Assembly: GCA_030264375.1 (NCBI GenBank) | Contig: JASCQW010000001.1 | Location: forward strand, 140,929,838-140,993,837 | From: Carcharhinus longimanus | Lineage: Eukaryota | Length of the DNA stretch: 64,000 nucleotides | Direction of reading: 5' to 3' | Shown here: positions 24,248 through 35,530 of the stretch, in pieces | Layout: every line of letters starts with the position of its first letter | Position numbering within the stretch: the first letter of the stretch is position 1 | The notes under the pieces: model-generated | Told to the model about the DNA's origin: nothing | What the model saw: only the letters and a program-made list of their open reading frames with translations | Database searches by the model: none | Made by a program: the position numbers and the translations under genes

Positions 24248-24470
24248 GTGGCTGCCAAAGCCGAGAAACATGCTGCCCCAAAATTCACTGACACCCCCAT
24301 CGAGCACCTACAGGACACAATGGAGACCTGCTGTAATGTCCTTTACCCGTACTCAGGGCTAAGAACTCCATTCAGTGGCACCAATCCAGAATGGCAGGCA
24401 GTGGCATTGGTGCTAACACCCTTCAGAATGCTATCCAGAGCCACAGAAGGATGAACTATCTGTGGCAGCC
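24248..24470 (+). mobile_element. Myb/SANT-like domain remnant (PIF/Harbinger accessory gene)
   Basis: AAPKFTDTPIEHLQDTMETCCNVLYPYSG…PEWQAVA…SHRRMNYL matches the RAPxFSDxELExL…WxxVA…CRKRxNDL pattern; frameshifted. Confidence 0.65.
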
Positions 24471-25560
24471 CTGCACACTCTCCTGCTTACACTGCTGGAT
24501 ACCCTTTTGTCAACCTGCAGTGAGTAGATGTGCGCTTACTCTGACAGAGAGCAGCAGATCATTCATTCTCTTTGTGCCCTGCTGGAAATCACTGCTCTGG
24601 ACACCACAGGTGCTAACCTTCCCTGTGACCTCCGCCCAGGCCACCATGGTCAGATGGGAGGGCCTCCTGCTATTATCTCTGGGAAACAGTAACTTCTACC
24701 TTTCCTTCATGGCCTGCAGGAGTCTCCAGAGAGGCTTCAATGAGCCATTGGGCTGCTTGTTGCTTTCTTTCCTGTCACACCCTGAGCTCTGCAGAATCGG
24801 GAGCTCCTGGCCTGCAGTGAGTGAGTGGCGATCCAGGTGCCCTTTAAGTAAAGTGCCTTGACCGTTGACCCCATGAAGCAAAGGCGGGGATGGCGATTCC
24901 TGCCTGCCCCTGCCATGAGATTCATTGTGTTGTAACGGGATGCATCGGTAATGAGCTGGCCAACACATCACATGATCATACATGCTCATCCACCCCACTT
25001 CCCCCCACCCTCCCACCCCTGCTACCCTCCAGTGGAAGCCACTCCAAACCTAGACCCTAGAATGGAAGATTCTGTCCCAGCTCTCTGTAGAGAGCCAGCA
25101 CACCCACTGTGGCTGTCAAAATAGCAATGCCTACACTTAAAGGAACCAATTGGTCTGGGATATGAAAGATGCTGAATAAATTAAGTCTTGTTTCTTTCTC
25201 CTCTCAGGCCTATACCTGTATGGTCTCTTCATGTATGTCTACAGGATCCATATCTTCTTTTTCATCTTCATCCTCTCTCTCAGTGGCATTATTAAGAAGC
25301 TGCCAAATCTCTCCAAACCAACCTGTTCCCCATCACCCTCCTCCCCATCACTGTTGCCATGTTAACATTAAAACAAAGATTAATCTTTCCCCAACACATC
25401 GACCTCAAAATTCTTGACTTTCTGCTTAAACCTCTTATTCCATCTGAGTTCCCCGATCCAATGTTTCCTTTGAGTTTATAACGTGTCACCCTTGAACTCT
25501 CCAAACCTCTGAAGCTGAACCACAATACGTACTCCTTCCCCACCTTGGCTCTGCCATCAG

Positions 25561-25684
25561 TGAAGGAGCAGCGGTCCGAAAGCTGGTTGCTTTTGCTACC
25601 AAATATACCTGTTGGATTTTAACCTGGCGTTGTGAGGCTTCTTACTGTGTTTACCCCAGTCCAACGCCGGCTCTCCACATCATG
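25561..25684 (+). mobile_element. Penelope-like terminal repeat, hammerhead core 5'-truncated
   Basis: TGAAGGAGCAGCGGTCCGAAAGCT…CCTGTTGGATTTTAACCTGGCGTTGTGAGGCTTCTTACTGTGTTTACCCCAGTCCAACGCCGG…CCACATCA. Confidence 0.7.
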
Positions 25685-26269
25685 TCTGCCATTAGTGACC
25701 AGGCTTTCATCAATTTTGCTGTGGACCTCTCGTCCTATTCCCTCCACCCCTTGCACTTTATTACCTCTCTCTGTGCTTTTAAAAGACTCCCCGGAATTAC
25801 CTCTGACAAAACCTCTGATCATCTCTCCTAACAGTTACTCTCTTCCTGCTCAACTATAAAGTGCTTCGGGCATTTTGCTACAAGGTAACGATAATAAAAC
25901 TATGAGTTGTCTGTGAGTCCAGCTTGCCTTCAAATAGCTCCCTTAATTCTCGCTTATTGTCCTGATTCCTCCTTGTGAAATGCTTTCATCGGTTCTGATA
26001 TGTTGAGGTGCACAGTGTAGGTTATCATTGCTCACAGTACAGGGAGAATCGTAAACAGACTGGTGCTTGGTTTGAAATGAAATCTTGGGATTTACAGCCT
26101 GCTGTGCACTATTTTTGGTTCACTGCTTAACACACTCGGTTTGCCAATTTAGCAAAGTCATTAACCTGACCAAAATAACAAGTTAAGAACTTTAATAAAA
26201 TAACACACGCAGAAATGTTACAAGAGCACATTAACCATTGCCAGTAAAAATGCTGAATGGAATTTTAGC

Positions 26270-26600
26270 CTCCTTCACGGTGCATTTTGGTGAGAATGGA
26301 AAGCCTGTCTCTCTCGCTCCTCTTACACCGTGCCCCGACAGTAATTCCTTTGTTCCTTTTGTCTCTCGTCTTCTCTCTGCTGTGCAAGGTTTCTCGGGAC
26401 GTTGTCTCCGCTAATCGTGCTAAATGCGTGCAAGTTTGGTGTTTCTTGACCCAACCCAGTAACTTATTTAAATCCCCAACTGCATTAAGCAGAGACGGGT
26501 TACTGACTTGAGTCTCTCCTCACGCTGTTTACAGACAGCTGTTCCATTCAGAAGCTGGAATCTGCCAGATAATTCCATCAGTTATCCTTACCTTCTCCAC
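26270..26600. promoter_or_regulatory. Candidate promoter or regulatory element (CpG-enriched, non-repetitive)
   Basis: About a dozen CpGs in ~270 bp, TATA-like TATTTAAA at ~26465, TGTTTAC forkhead motif, CAGCTG E-box, and a minus-strand GTAAGA donor at 26326. Confidence 0.35.
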
Positions 26601-27275
26601 AAGTAATTGTCAGGAGAATGAAGCATGGAAACTAAAAAGGGTTTTTTTTGTTGTGGGGTGGGGAAGGGGGAGGTGGAGGAGGGGAAGGGGGGTGGCATAA
26701 ACTGGGAACCATGGAACATCTGTCACTTAAATCCAATGCCTTTTATGTGCTGGGGTTGTGATAATTGGTGTCTTTGGGGTAGGTGGGGGGACTGCATCAG
26801 ACATGCCCAGAAAGTCATCACAGCAGTCAGAATCTGGTATTGATTCCACTCCTCAGTAAATACATGCATATGGATGGCAGCCCAGTAATTGACACCCCTG
26901 CTTCCTGCATTATTCTTGCTGTGACAGTGGGTTTTTAAATGGTAATTTCTCTTTCTACCCCACCTACAATGAAAGGCCCGGAATTCTGTGTAACAGTTGC
27001 TCTTCAAAGATGCTGCTGTGTTTATAAACAAGTGACAGATTGAAGAGATTTAAGAGCGAATAATAGCCCTTGCATTTCTTGCCTTTTTTCTATATAAAAA
27101 AATCTCTTGTATTATTTGGATTTGGCCACTATCCAGTAAAGAGGACAAATAACGTAAATCCTAAAGCCATTTAACTCCCATGGGGCACATTCCATCAGCC
27201 TATGCATATCCTCAAGGCTGCTCCAGACCCTCTGTCCTCTGCAAACAAAATACTTCAGCAATTTGTGTATTTGGA

Positions 27276-27645
27276 GTGGCACAGTGGCAGGGGTGACACG
27301 GTGGCACAGTGGCAGGGGTGACACGGTGGCACAATGGCAGGGGTGACACAGTGGCACAGTGAAAACACTGCTGCCTTACAGCGCCAGGGACTCGGTTCAA
27401 TTCCCCGCTTAGGTCACTGTCTATGTGGCATCTGCATGTTCTCCCCGTGTCTGTGTGGGTTTCCTTCAGGTGCTCTGAATTCCTCCCACAGTCCAAAAGA
27501 TGTGCTGGTTAGGTGTGTTGGCCATGCTAAATTCTCCCTCAGTGTACCTGAACAGGTGGTGGAGTGTGGCAGCTAGGGGATTTTCACAGTAATTTCATTG
27601 CAGTGTTAATGTAAGCCTACTTGTAACACTAGTAAATAAACTTTA
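27276..27645 (+). mobile_element. HE1-type V-SINE, tail variant 2, with a tandemly amplified 5' end
   Basis: About 3.4 copies of the 25-bp unit GTGGCACAGTGGCAGGGGTGACACG (27276-27360), then a normal SINE body. Confidence 0.85.
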
Positions 27646-28089
27646 AATAATTTGAAAATCATAATTCAGGCTTCTCTAATTGGACATCATAAACACTGAT
27701 ATTTTTCATCAGTTGTGCCTGTTAGTTTACCGTTTAAAGGTTATGGAGGGAGAAATGGCAAAATGTCAAGACAGCAAGTAGCAGCAGTGAACATGTATCT
27801 GTCTGATTGACAAAATCCGGCAAAGGGAATTTTTGCATCTTTGTCCATCTCCATAACTTGGATAGATATATTTGAGGTAAGGATTAAAAAACAGGAAGTG
27901 GGATAAAAATGTGAATCAGAGATGGACACAAGGTTGTGTGTGGAAAGAGGGGGGTGAATTCAAAGAGTGAATATAGGCATAATTGGTCAAATAGTCACCT
28001 GTGTTGTAAATGTCTATGATTCTTCAGTAGATTCATGTTTGTGAGCAAATTGCTTCAAAGAGATGTTCTGCAGCTGCTCTTTTTTATTT

Positions 28090-28408
28090 TCATAGAATCG
28101 TAGAATCCCTACGGTGCAGAAGGAGGCCACTTGGCCCATCAAGCCTGCATCAACAGCCATCCCACCCAGCCCCTATCCCTGTTACCCCACATATTTACAC
28201 TCCTAATCCCCCTGACATTAAGGGGCAATTTATCATGGCTAATCAACATAACCCTCATATCTTTGGACTGTGGGAGGAAACCGAAGGAAACCCACACAGA
28301 CACAGGGAGAACATGCAAACTCCATACAGACAGTGACCTGAGGCCGGAATTAAACCTGGGTCCCTGGTACTGTGAAACAGCAGTGCTAAACGCTGTGTCA
28401 CCATGCCA
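28090..28408 (-). mobile_element. HE1-type V-SINE, tail variant 1
   Basis: CATAGAATCGTAGAATCCCTACGGTGCAGAAGGAGGCC…CCCTGGTACTGTGAAACAGCAGTGCT. Confidence 0.85.
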
Positions 28409-29380
28409 TCTGGATCTTACCCAATTATGGATAAGCCAAAAGCTAAATACACATTTTCCTTCTCAAGACCTGCAGCATACAAGACCCATTTCCCATCCCA
28501 GCTGCTGTTGGACATCCTGGGGGTTGTAAACCACTGCTCTATCTGCAGTGGTGCAAATCCCGATTCACAGTAATTCCCAGCATGACAGTATGTACTACTG
28601 ACATCATCGCCCCAAATTGTCAAGGCCAGTGTGTCCTTTGGNNNNNNNNNNNNNNNNNNNNNNNNNNNNNNNNNNNNNNNNNNNNNNNNNNNNNNNNNNN
28701 NNNNNNNNNNNNNNNNNNNNNNNNNNNNNNNNNNNNNNNNNTGTCGATGCACAAGGTATCAGGATTTTCTTTGAAGTTGGTTTTACAATGAGACTGACTG
28801 CACTATTAGGAACAGCAGTCTGCTGTCCCAGAAATATAAAACCAGGTCTTAATGGCCTTAGCTTCTGGAACTAGAATCTACCCAATTACATCGTAAAACA
28901 CGGTTTCCTGCATCAGTGACTGCGCATTTAAAGTGGTTATTCTTAATGTCTGACTCGGAGTGACGGGTTAGCAGGTTATTGAACATTGCGGGGAATCACA
29001 GCCTGATGACCTACATCCACAACATGTACACTGTTCAGAGGAGAGCTGGCAACAATCCTCAAGAGGATGATTCCTCATTAGATCCCAAGACATTGCTGAC
29101 AAATGGGGCAACCTGACTAATCCTCTGACAAGGATCATCTAACTCAGCACCACAGACCAAGAATTATCCCTGAGAGACAGTTGATCTGTGACACACTGCC
29201 ACGGGGTTTTAGTCACAAAATCACCTGTGAAGTCTTGCTTTGTTATTGCTGTTTATTCTGATTAGAATCCAAAATTCAAATTTCCTCACCGCAAATTAAT
29301 GAGCTGAAGTGACTCTCGTGGAAAGGTAGCTAAAATGCTGGAGTCAACATCAAGTAAGATCAGGGCAAATCAATTGCTAT

Positions 29381-29675
29381 TAAAGTTTATTTATTCGTGT
29401 TGCAAATAGGTTTACATTAACACTGCAATGAAGTTACTGTGAAAATGCCTGAGTCGCCATACTCCGGTGCCTGTTTGGGTACACTGTTGGAGAATTTAGC
29501 ATGGCCAATGCCCCTATCTTTCAGGCTGTGGGAGGGAACCAGGGTATTTGGAGGAAACCCAGGCAGACACAGGGAGAATATGCAAACTCTGCACAGACAA
29601 TGATCCAAGTCAGGAAGCGAACCCGGGTCCCTGGCACTGTGAGGCAGAAGTGCGAACCACTGTGCCACCATGCCA
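29381..29675 (-). mobile_element. HE1-type V-SINE, tail variant 2
   Basis: Reverse complement of a complete head and variant-2 tail; an orphan variant-2 tail also lies at ~29800-29872 (+). Confidence 0.85.
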
Positions 29676-30289
29676 CCCCTTATTTAATACAACATTTTGC
29701 TGGGCCATGTCAGAGGGCAGTTCACCCACCTTTGTGGAACTTATATATTGAGCAGGCCAGGTCAGCAGATTATCTCCCCTGAAGATCATTCTTCTACATG
29801 GGGATTTTCACAGTAATTTCAGTGCAGTGTCAATGTAAGCCTACTTGTGACACTAATAGATAAACTAAACTTTCAGCTATAACACTTCAAAACCACCAGC
29901 TACATGTTCACTTGCCAGTGAAGTCTCGGAAGTCACAGACACCATTTGAAAATTGCATTTCCCGAGAGTGGCATTGGATCCCATTGCCTCCAGAACATGG
30001 CGTAATTTTCAATGGGAGGTGGACAATCCAGATGCTGCCACACATACAGTTAAATGCTTGTTACACTAGCTGTGGGGCTAATTAAAAGGCCTCTCTGGGA
30101 CTTTTTCAGATTTTCAATCAACAGGTACAGGGAACCCATAGTGTTTGGAACAAATCAGGGTGCACGCAGCAGGGAAACATTGGTCACCTTCTTTAAAAGA
30201 AACATACTGAAGGCAATACTCAGCTTCGTTGCTGAACGATGTTAAATATCTTTTATTCACATATCACATAACATCAAGTCGTATTTTGT

Positions 30290-30920
30290 GGGGAGGTGAT
30301 GGCCTGGTGGTATTATCACTAGATTATTAATCCAGAAACTTAGCTAATGTTCTGGGGACTTGGTTTCAAATCCCGCTACAACAGATTTGAATTCAGTAAA
30401 AAATATCTGGAATTAAGAATCTATTGATGACCGTGAAACTAATGTCGATTGTCGGAAAAAACCCATCCAGTTCACTAATGTCCTTTTATCTGTCGTCCTT
30501 GCCTGTGACTCCAAAGTTACAGCAATATGGTTGGCTCTCAACCAACTCATAGAATCATAGAACCCTACAGTGCAGAAAGAGGCCCTTCAGCCCATCGAGT
30601 CTGCACTGAACACAATCCCACCNNNNNNNNNNNNNNNNNNNNNNNNNNNNNNNNNNNNNNNNNNNNNNNNNNNNNNNNNNNNNNNNNNNNNNNNNNTTCA
30701 GCCCATCGAGTCTGCACTGAACACAATCCCACCCAGGCCCTACCCCCACATCCCTACATATTATACCCACTAACCCCTCTAACCTACGCATGCCTGGACT
30801 CTAAGGGGCAATTTCTTAGCATGGCCAATCAACCTAACCCGCACATTTTTAGACTAGGGGTGGGCAATGAATACCAGCCAGCCAGAAAGCAACAGTCATG
30901 TCCGACAAATGAATAAAAAA
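30290..30920 (+). mobile_element. Family-B SINE interrupted by an antisense HE1 3' fragment (30548-30853)
   Basis: GGGAGGTGATGGCCTGGTGGTATTATCACTAG…GGTTTCAAATCCCGC; body stops at ~30545 and the tail GGGCAATGAATACCAGCC…GAATAAAAAA resumes at ~30855. Confidence 0.75.
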
Positions 30921-31307
30921 CAATATTGACCTGATTGAAGTAAATATGATCATATTATTATAAATTTCAAAATGTTTACATTGATGTGATTAAATGATAT
31001 CTCTCCTTTCTCTGTCAGACCATCATGTGATGTATAGGAGTTTGTATGCACTTTCCAATAAATGTTTCCACAAAGGCGTTAATTTCTTCTGAGGATTTAC
31101 ATAACAAACTCAGGTTTATCATGCACCCACTCGAAAACGAACACTCCAGTGGATCCTGTGCAACATCCCCTGAAAGCTGTGCTCACCAGCTCACTCAGGA
31201 TTTTAGTCCATCAGACAAGTAGGTGAAATGTCACTCGCTAAATGACTTTGTAAGTGATCAAAAGCAGGGAATGGCGGCCAGTACAGTTGAGGAAAGTCAT
31301 GAAGCAA

Positions 31308-31490
31308 ACAGTCCAAAGATGTGCAGGATAGGTTGATTGGCCATGCTAAATTGACCCTAGTGTCAGGAGATTAGTAGGGTATATATATGGGGTTATGGGA
31401 ATAGGGCCTGGATGGGATTGTGGTCAGTGCAGACTCAGTGGGCCGAATGGCCTCCTTCTGCATCCCCTGTAAGGATTCTATGATTCTATT
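31308..31490 (+). mobile_element. HE1-type SINE 3' half, tail variant 1
   Basis: ACAGTCCAAAGATGTGCAGG…GGCCATGCTAAATTG…GGATTCTATGATTCTA. Confidence 0.8.
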
Positions 31491-31599
31491 GTATGATTGT
31501 CCTCTCTGAGCTCTGCTCAGTTGGGCAGGGATGTTGAATCAGTTGTTGGGGCTGATCGGGGGAAGGAAGGGGGAGGCAATGGGAGCCATCAGTGAAAGG

Positions 31600-32420
31600 A
31601 TGATGATAGAAGGTCAGGAGTTAATGTATGGGTTACTGAGAGTCCTGCCAGGTACATCCTCCACAATTGCACAGGGGTGGATGTGGCCAGCTAAAGCATT
31701 TGAGATTATTGTCACATGATGAGAATACCTTTCATACAGAGAGAAGGTGGATGGGTGGAAATATCTCTCCTGAGCAATGTGAATTGCCTTGCATGAATTT
31801 GTCCCCAAGGATGGCCTTGCAAATGATGGATTCATTCCTATCTCCTTATACAGGCGATGGATACAAGGCACCACTAATTTACTATCAGCATTCTGCAGAT
31901 TACGATTGACCAAAAACTGATGACTCTGGATTACTAGTTCAGTGGCAATATCACTATGCCAACACCTCCCCTGTTGCTGCATGTAAATACATATAAAGGA
32001 TTGTTTGCCAGTGATGGGAGGTACATAATCTTCCCCTGAGATGTGAATGGCCAAAGTGTGCACTTAGTTTCATGCCTCTTCTTACAGGTAGAAACCATAC
32101 ATCAATCGCGCCGTAGCAATCCAATACTTCCAAATCAACAGGAACATTCATCAGCTGTAAGCGATTACACCCCATCAAGGTTCAGCCACCAAGTCTTCTT
32201 CTAGAGAGCTGCAGAAATCTGTGACTACTCAGCATGGCAATTTTAACCTTTGGAAGCACTTCTCTGTCAGAGAAGCTGAGTTGTATATGAGTGGTACTTC
32301 CTGCAATCTTGGCCTTTCTCTTTCTTCTCTCACTGTGGGCCTGCTGCAGCTTCCACCTCAGTACAACCATGCTGCTGTGGATGCTGCTTTTCCTTTCCAA
32401 TCAAAAGCAGCCACATCATC
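31600..32420 (-). mobile_element. Possible highly decayed PIF/Harbinger transposase
   Basis: Weak minus-strand motifs TLAIHISGEDYVPPITGKQSFICIYMQ and HIHPCAIVEDVPGRTL in the expected order; many lesions. Confidence 0.3.
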
Positions 32421-32497
32421 ATCTATTCTGATGTCTCTGTATCTACATCTCCATTCTAATTCTCGCCACAAATACTTGTGATCACTGATTATTCATC

Positions 32498-32797
32498 GCA
32501 GCATGGTGACACAGTGGTTAGCACTGCTGCCTCACAGTGTCAGGGACCCAGGCTATTGTCCCAGTCTGTGCAGAGTCTGCACGTTCTCTCCAAGCCTGCA
32601 TGGGTTTCCTCCAGATGCTCTGATTTCCTCCCATAGTCTGAAAGATGGGCAGGTTAGATGCATTAGCCATGCTAAATTCTCCCTCGATGTACTCAAACAG
32701 GCACAGGAATATGATGACTAGGGGGTTTTCACAGTAACTTCATTGCAGTGTAAATGTAAGCCATCTTCTGACACTAATAAATAAACTTTAACTTTAA
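32498..32797 (+). mobile_element. HE1-type V-SINE, tail variant 2
   Basis: Head GGTGACACAGTGGTTAGCACTGCTGCCTCACAG; tail GTAACTTCATTGCAGTGTAAATGTAAGCC…AATAAATAAACTTT. Confidence 0.85.
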
Positions 32798-33179
32798 ATC
32801 TTTTAAGCTTTTTTATTCATACTGTGACTCCTGACCTCAAATCACCCTCAAGAAGAGCTAAACATCGCCTCCATGTCATTGACAACTTTCCTGAATCCCA
32901 GGAACGTTATACAGAAGACATCAACTCCCAATCCTTGCTTTAATCTCATGAAAGAAGCCTCACGTGGATATTGTCATCGTGAACATCCCCCCTCCCCAGA
33001 GTTCAGACAAAAGTCATTTTGCCTACCACGTGGAACATGGTGCCCGGAATGTGCAGCTGAAATTGAGATGATTTCGATAGCTGGAGGAGAGCCAGCTGCT
33101 GTAAAAGAAACAGTAGAAGATAATTAAAACTTCAGCCTGCAACTTTGTGTAAGGCATTGTCTGCTGGGTGAGTTAGTGT

Positions 33180-35530
33180 GATATGCCAGTACCAGCTTCT
33201 ATGGAAAGGAAGGCAAGTTTCAGAATGAATTGGAATTTTTTCTTGTTTCAATAGCAGAACTATGAAAACACTACAGAATTAAACCAAAAAAACCTGAACA
33301 AATAAGAGGAGCAATTCTGTTAACAGTGTTGGGGAAAGGCTGCTACAAGTTGTATTGCACTCTAGACCTCAACTAGAAGTAGAAAAGTCAGTCTTGTGAA
33401 ATTTTGGAGGCCTTGAAGATCCACTTTGAACGCTCTTACCAATGTTACGTATGAACACTACATGTTCAACTCCAGAGCTCAGGAAGAGGGGACAAATACT
33501 GATCAGAAGGTAACTGCACTGAGATGTCTAGCTGAATCCTATGAATTTCAGCAATGGAAGGATGAGCTGTTCGGAGATAGAACTGACTCAGGAATAAGAG
33601 ATCCCACCTTGAGACCATGTCTGCAGACAGAAGAGCAACTTACTCTCCAGAAAGCTATTGACTTGTGCAGAAGTGAAGTGATTGATCATCAGCTGAAGAG
33701 TATTGATGGGAAAACTGAGGAGGCTTTGCACTATGCAGAGAGGAAATTCAGGCCTTCTGAGACCAGACACTGGAGAAAAAGAAAAACTGCATAGAGAAGG
33801 GCCAGCAGAATAATCAAGAGCAAGGTACATTATGGCAGAGGATACTACACAGAAGAAAAGGAAGAACATGCATTGTGGGGAATGGAGCGAGTGCCCCAGC
33901 TGTGAGAAGCTGAATCATTTCACACTAGAGTGTTTTGTTGGCAAGAAAGAAACAAGTTTGTGAAGATGGTTGCTGGAGGGATGTTGTTCAATTATTCTGA
34001 CAAATCGCTCTACAACAAAACCATCACATTTCAAGGTACAAAATGGTTTGTGATTATTGGATGATGACTGCAGAAGAAAAGCATCAATATGAAGTGTCAG
34101 ATAGGAAAGCAGTGCTGCGTGCAATATGACAGACCTGTGTGCAGTTGGTGACCTGGGAAGTGAAGCCTTCAAAGATAAAGTCAAGGCTATGTGAAGGAAC
34201 AATGCTCATCCCAAGAGGACAAACTAAGCTGAGAGCCAATGCAATGGGATGAAAGAAGATCTGCAGTTTCAGAGAATAAACATCAAGCAAAATCCCCTCA
34301 TGCTACCTAGAAGAAGCCAAAAACTTGGACTGATAACCCCTCCATGTACCAGAAGAGATTTTATCATGGGTACTAAGTCATTGGCTTCTGAACAGATCCT
34401 AATAAATTACAAAGGTGTTTTCACCTTAGATGGCCTACTCCTGCTCTTATTTCTTATGTTCTTATGTTCACAAGCTCTTAGATGTCTTCCTAATGAAACC
34501 TCATTTTGAAGTAAACATGAGTATAAAGTCAACTCAGCATCTTCCAAGGAGAGTTCAGCTGCTCTCAAATCCAGCCTGAAAGGCAAGATAGACAACCATG
34601 AAAAGATGGGGGTAATCAAGAAAATAACAACTCATAGAGCCAGGATTAACAGCACGGTGGCAGTGAAAATACCTGGAAAGCTGAGAGTGTGAAGATTTCA
34701 AATGTCTCAATAAATCTTTGAAGAAATGGCACTGTGGCACAATGGTTAGCATTGCTGCCTCACAGCTCCAGAGACCTGGGTTCAATTCCTAGCTTGGATC
34801 TCTGTCTGTGTGGAGTTTGCACATTCTCCTCATGTCTGCGTGGGTTTCCTCCGGGTGCTCCGGTTTCCTCCCNNNNNNNNNNNNNNNNNNNNNNNNNNNN
34901 NNNNNNNNNNNNNNNNNNNNNNNNNNNNNNNNNNNNNNNNNNNNNNNNNNNNNNNNNNNNNNNNNNNNNNNNGTCTGCGTGGGTTTCCTCCGGGTGCTCC
35001 GGTTTCCTCCCACAGTCCAAAGATGTGCAGGTTAGGTTGATTGGCCATGTTAAATTGTCCCTTAGTATCCCAGGATGCGTAGGTTAGAGGGATTAGTGGG
35101 GTAAATATGTGGGGCTACAAGGATAGGACCTGAGTGGGATTGTTGTCGGTGCAGACTCGATGGGCCAAATGGCCTCCTTCTGCGGTGCACGGATTCTATG
35201 ATTCTATGAAATCCCATTACCCTATGCCAACCATTGATGAAGTTTTGCTACAACTTGCCAGGGCCCTCCCCTCCATCCATTTGCAACCAGAGCACTAACG
35301 CAAATGAACAACGCTACACTCAGATTGAGAAAGAGGGCTTGGCTATTGTCCTTGCTTGTAAACGTTTTACTCAGTACCAGTTTAAAAGGGAGACAGTGAC
35401 AGTAGAATCTGACCGCAAACCACTTCAAAGCACTTTTCTCAAACTTGCTTCTGTCTGCTTGAAAGGACCTTATTTTGTTTGCTGAGATATCATTTGGAGG
35501 TGAACTACAAACAATGGACCAGCAGCAAAA
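33180..35530 (+). mobile_element. Decayed Ty3/Gypsy LTR-retrotransposon internal region (gag, protease, RT, RNase H remnants)
   Basis: Gag NVTYEHYMFNSRAQEEG…GIRDPTLR…LTLQKAIDLCRSE; RT LNKSLKKSHYPMPTIDEVL (split by a SINE); RNase H EQRYTQIEKEGLAIVLACKRFTQYQF…VTVESDRKPL. Confidence 0.85.
34728..35207 (+). mobile_element. HE1-type V-SINE, tail variant 1, inserted in the Gypsy RT
   Basis: Full head and tail; flanked by GAAAT at 34723-34727 and 35208-35212; contains a gap with duplicated flanks. Confidence 0.9.

Noticed and set aside
30588-30732. Direct repeats on both sides of N gaps (also 34834-35011 and 58620-58799)
   Set aside because: Identical sequence flanking short gaps is typical of unmerged contig overlaps, not real duplication.
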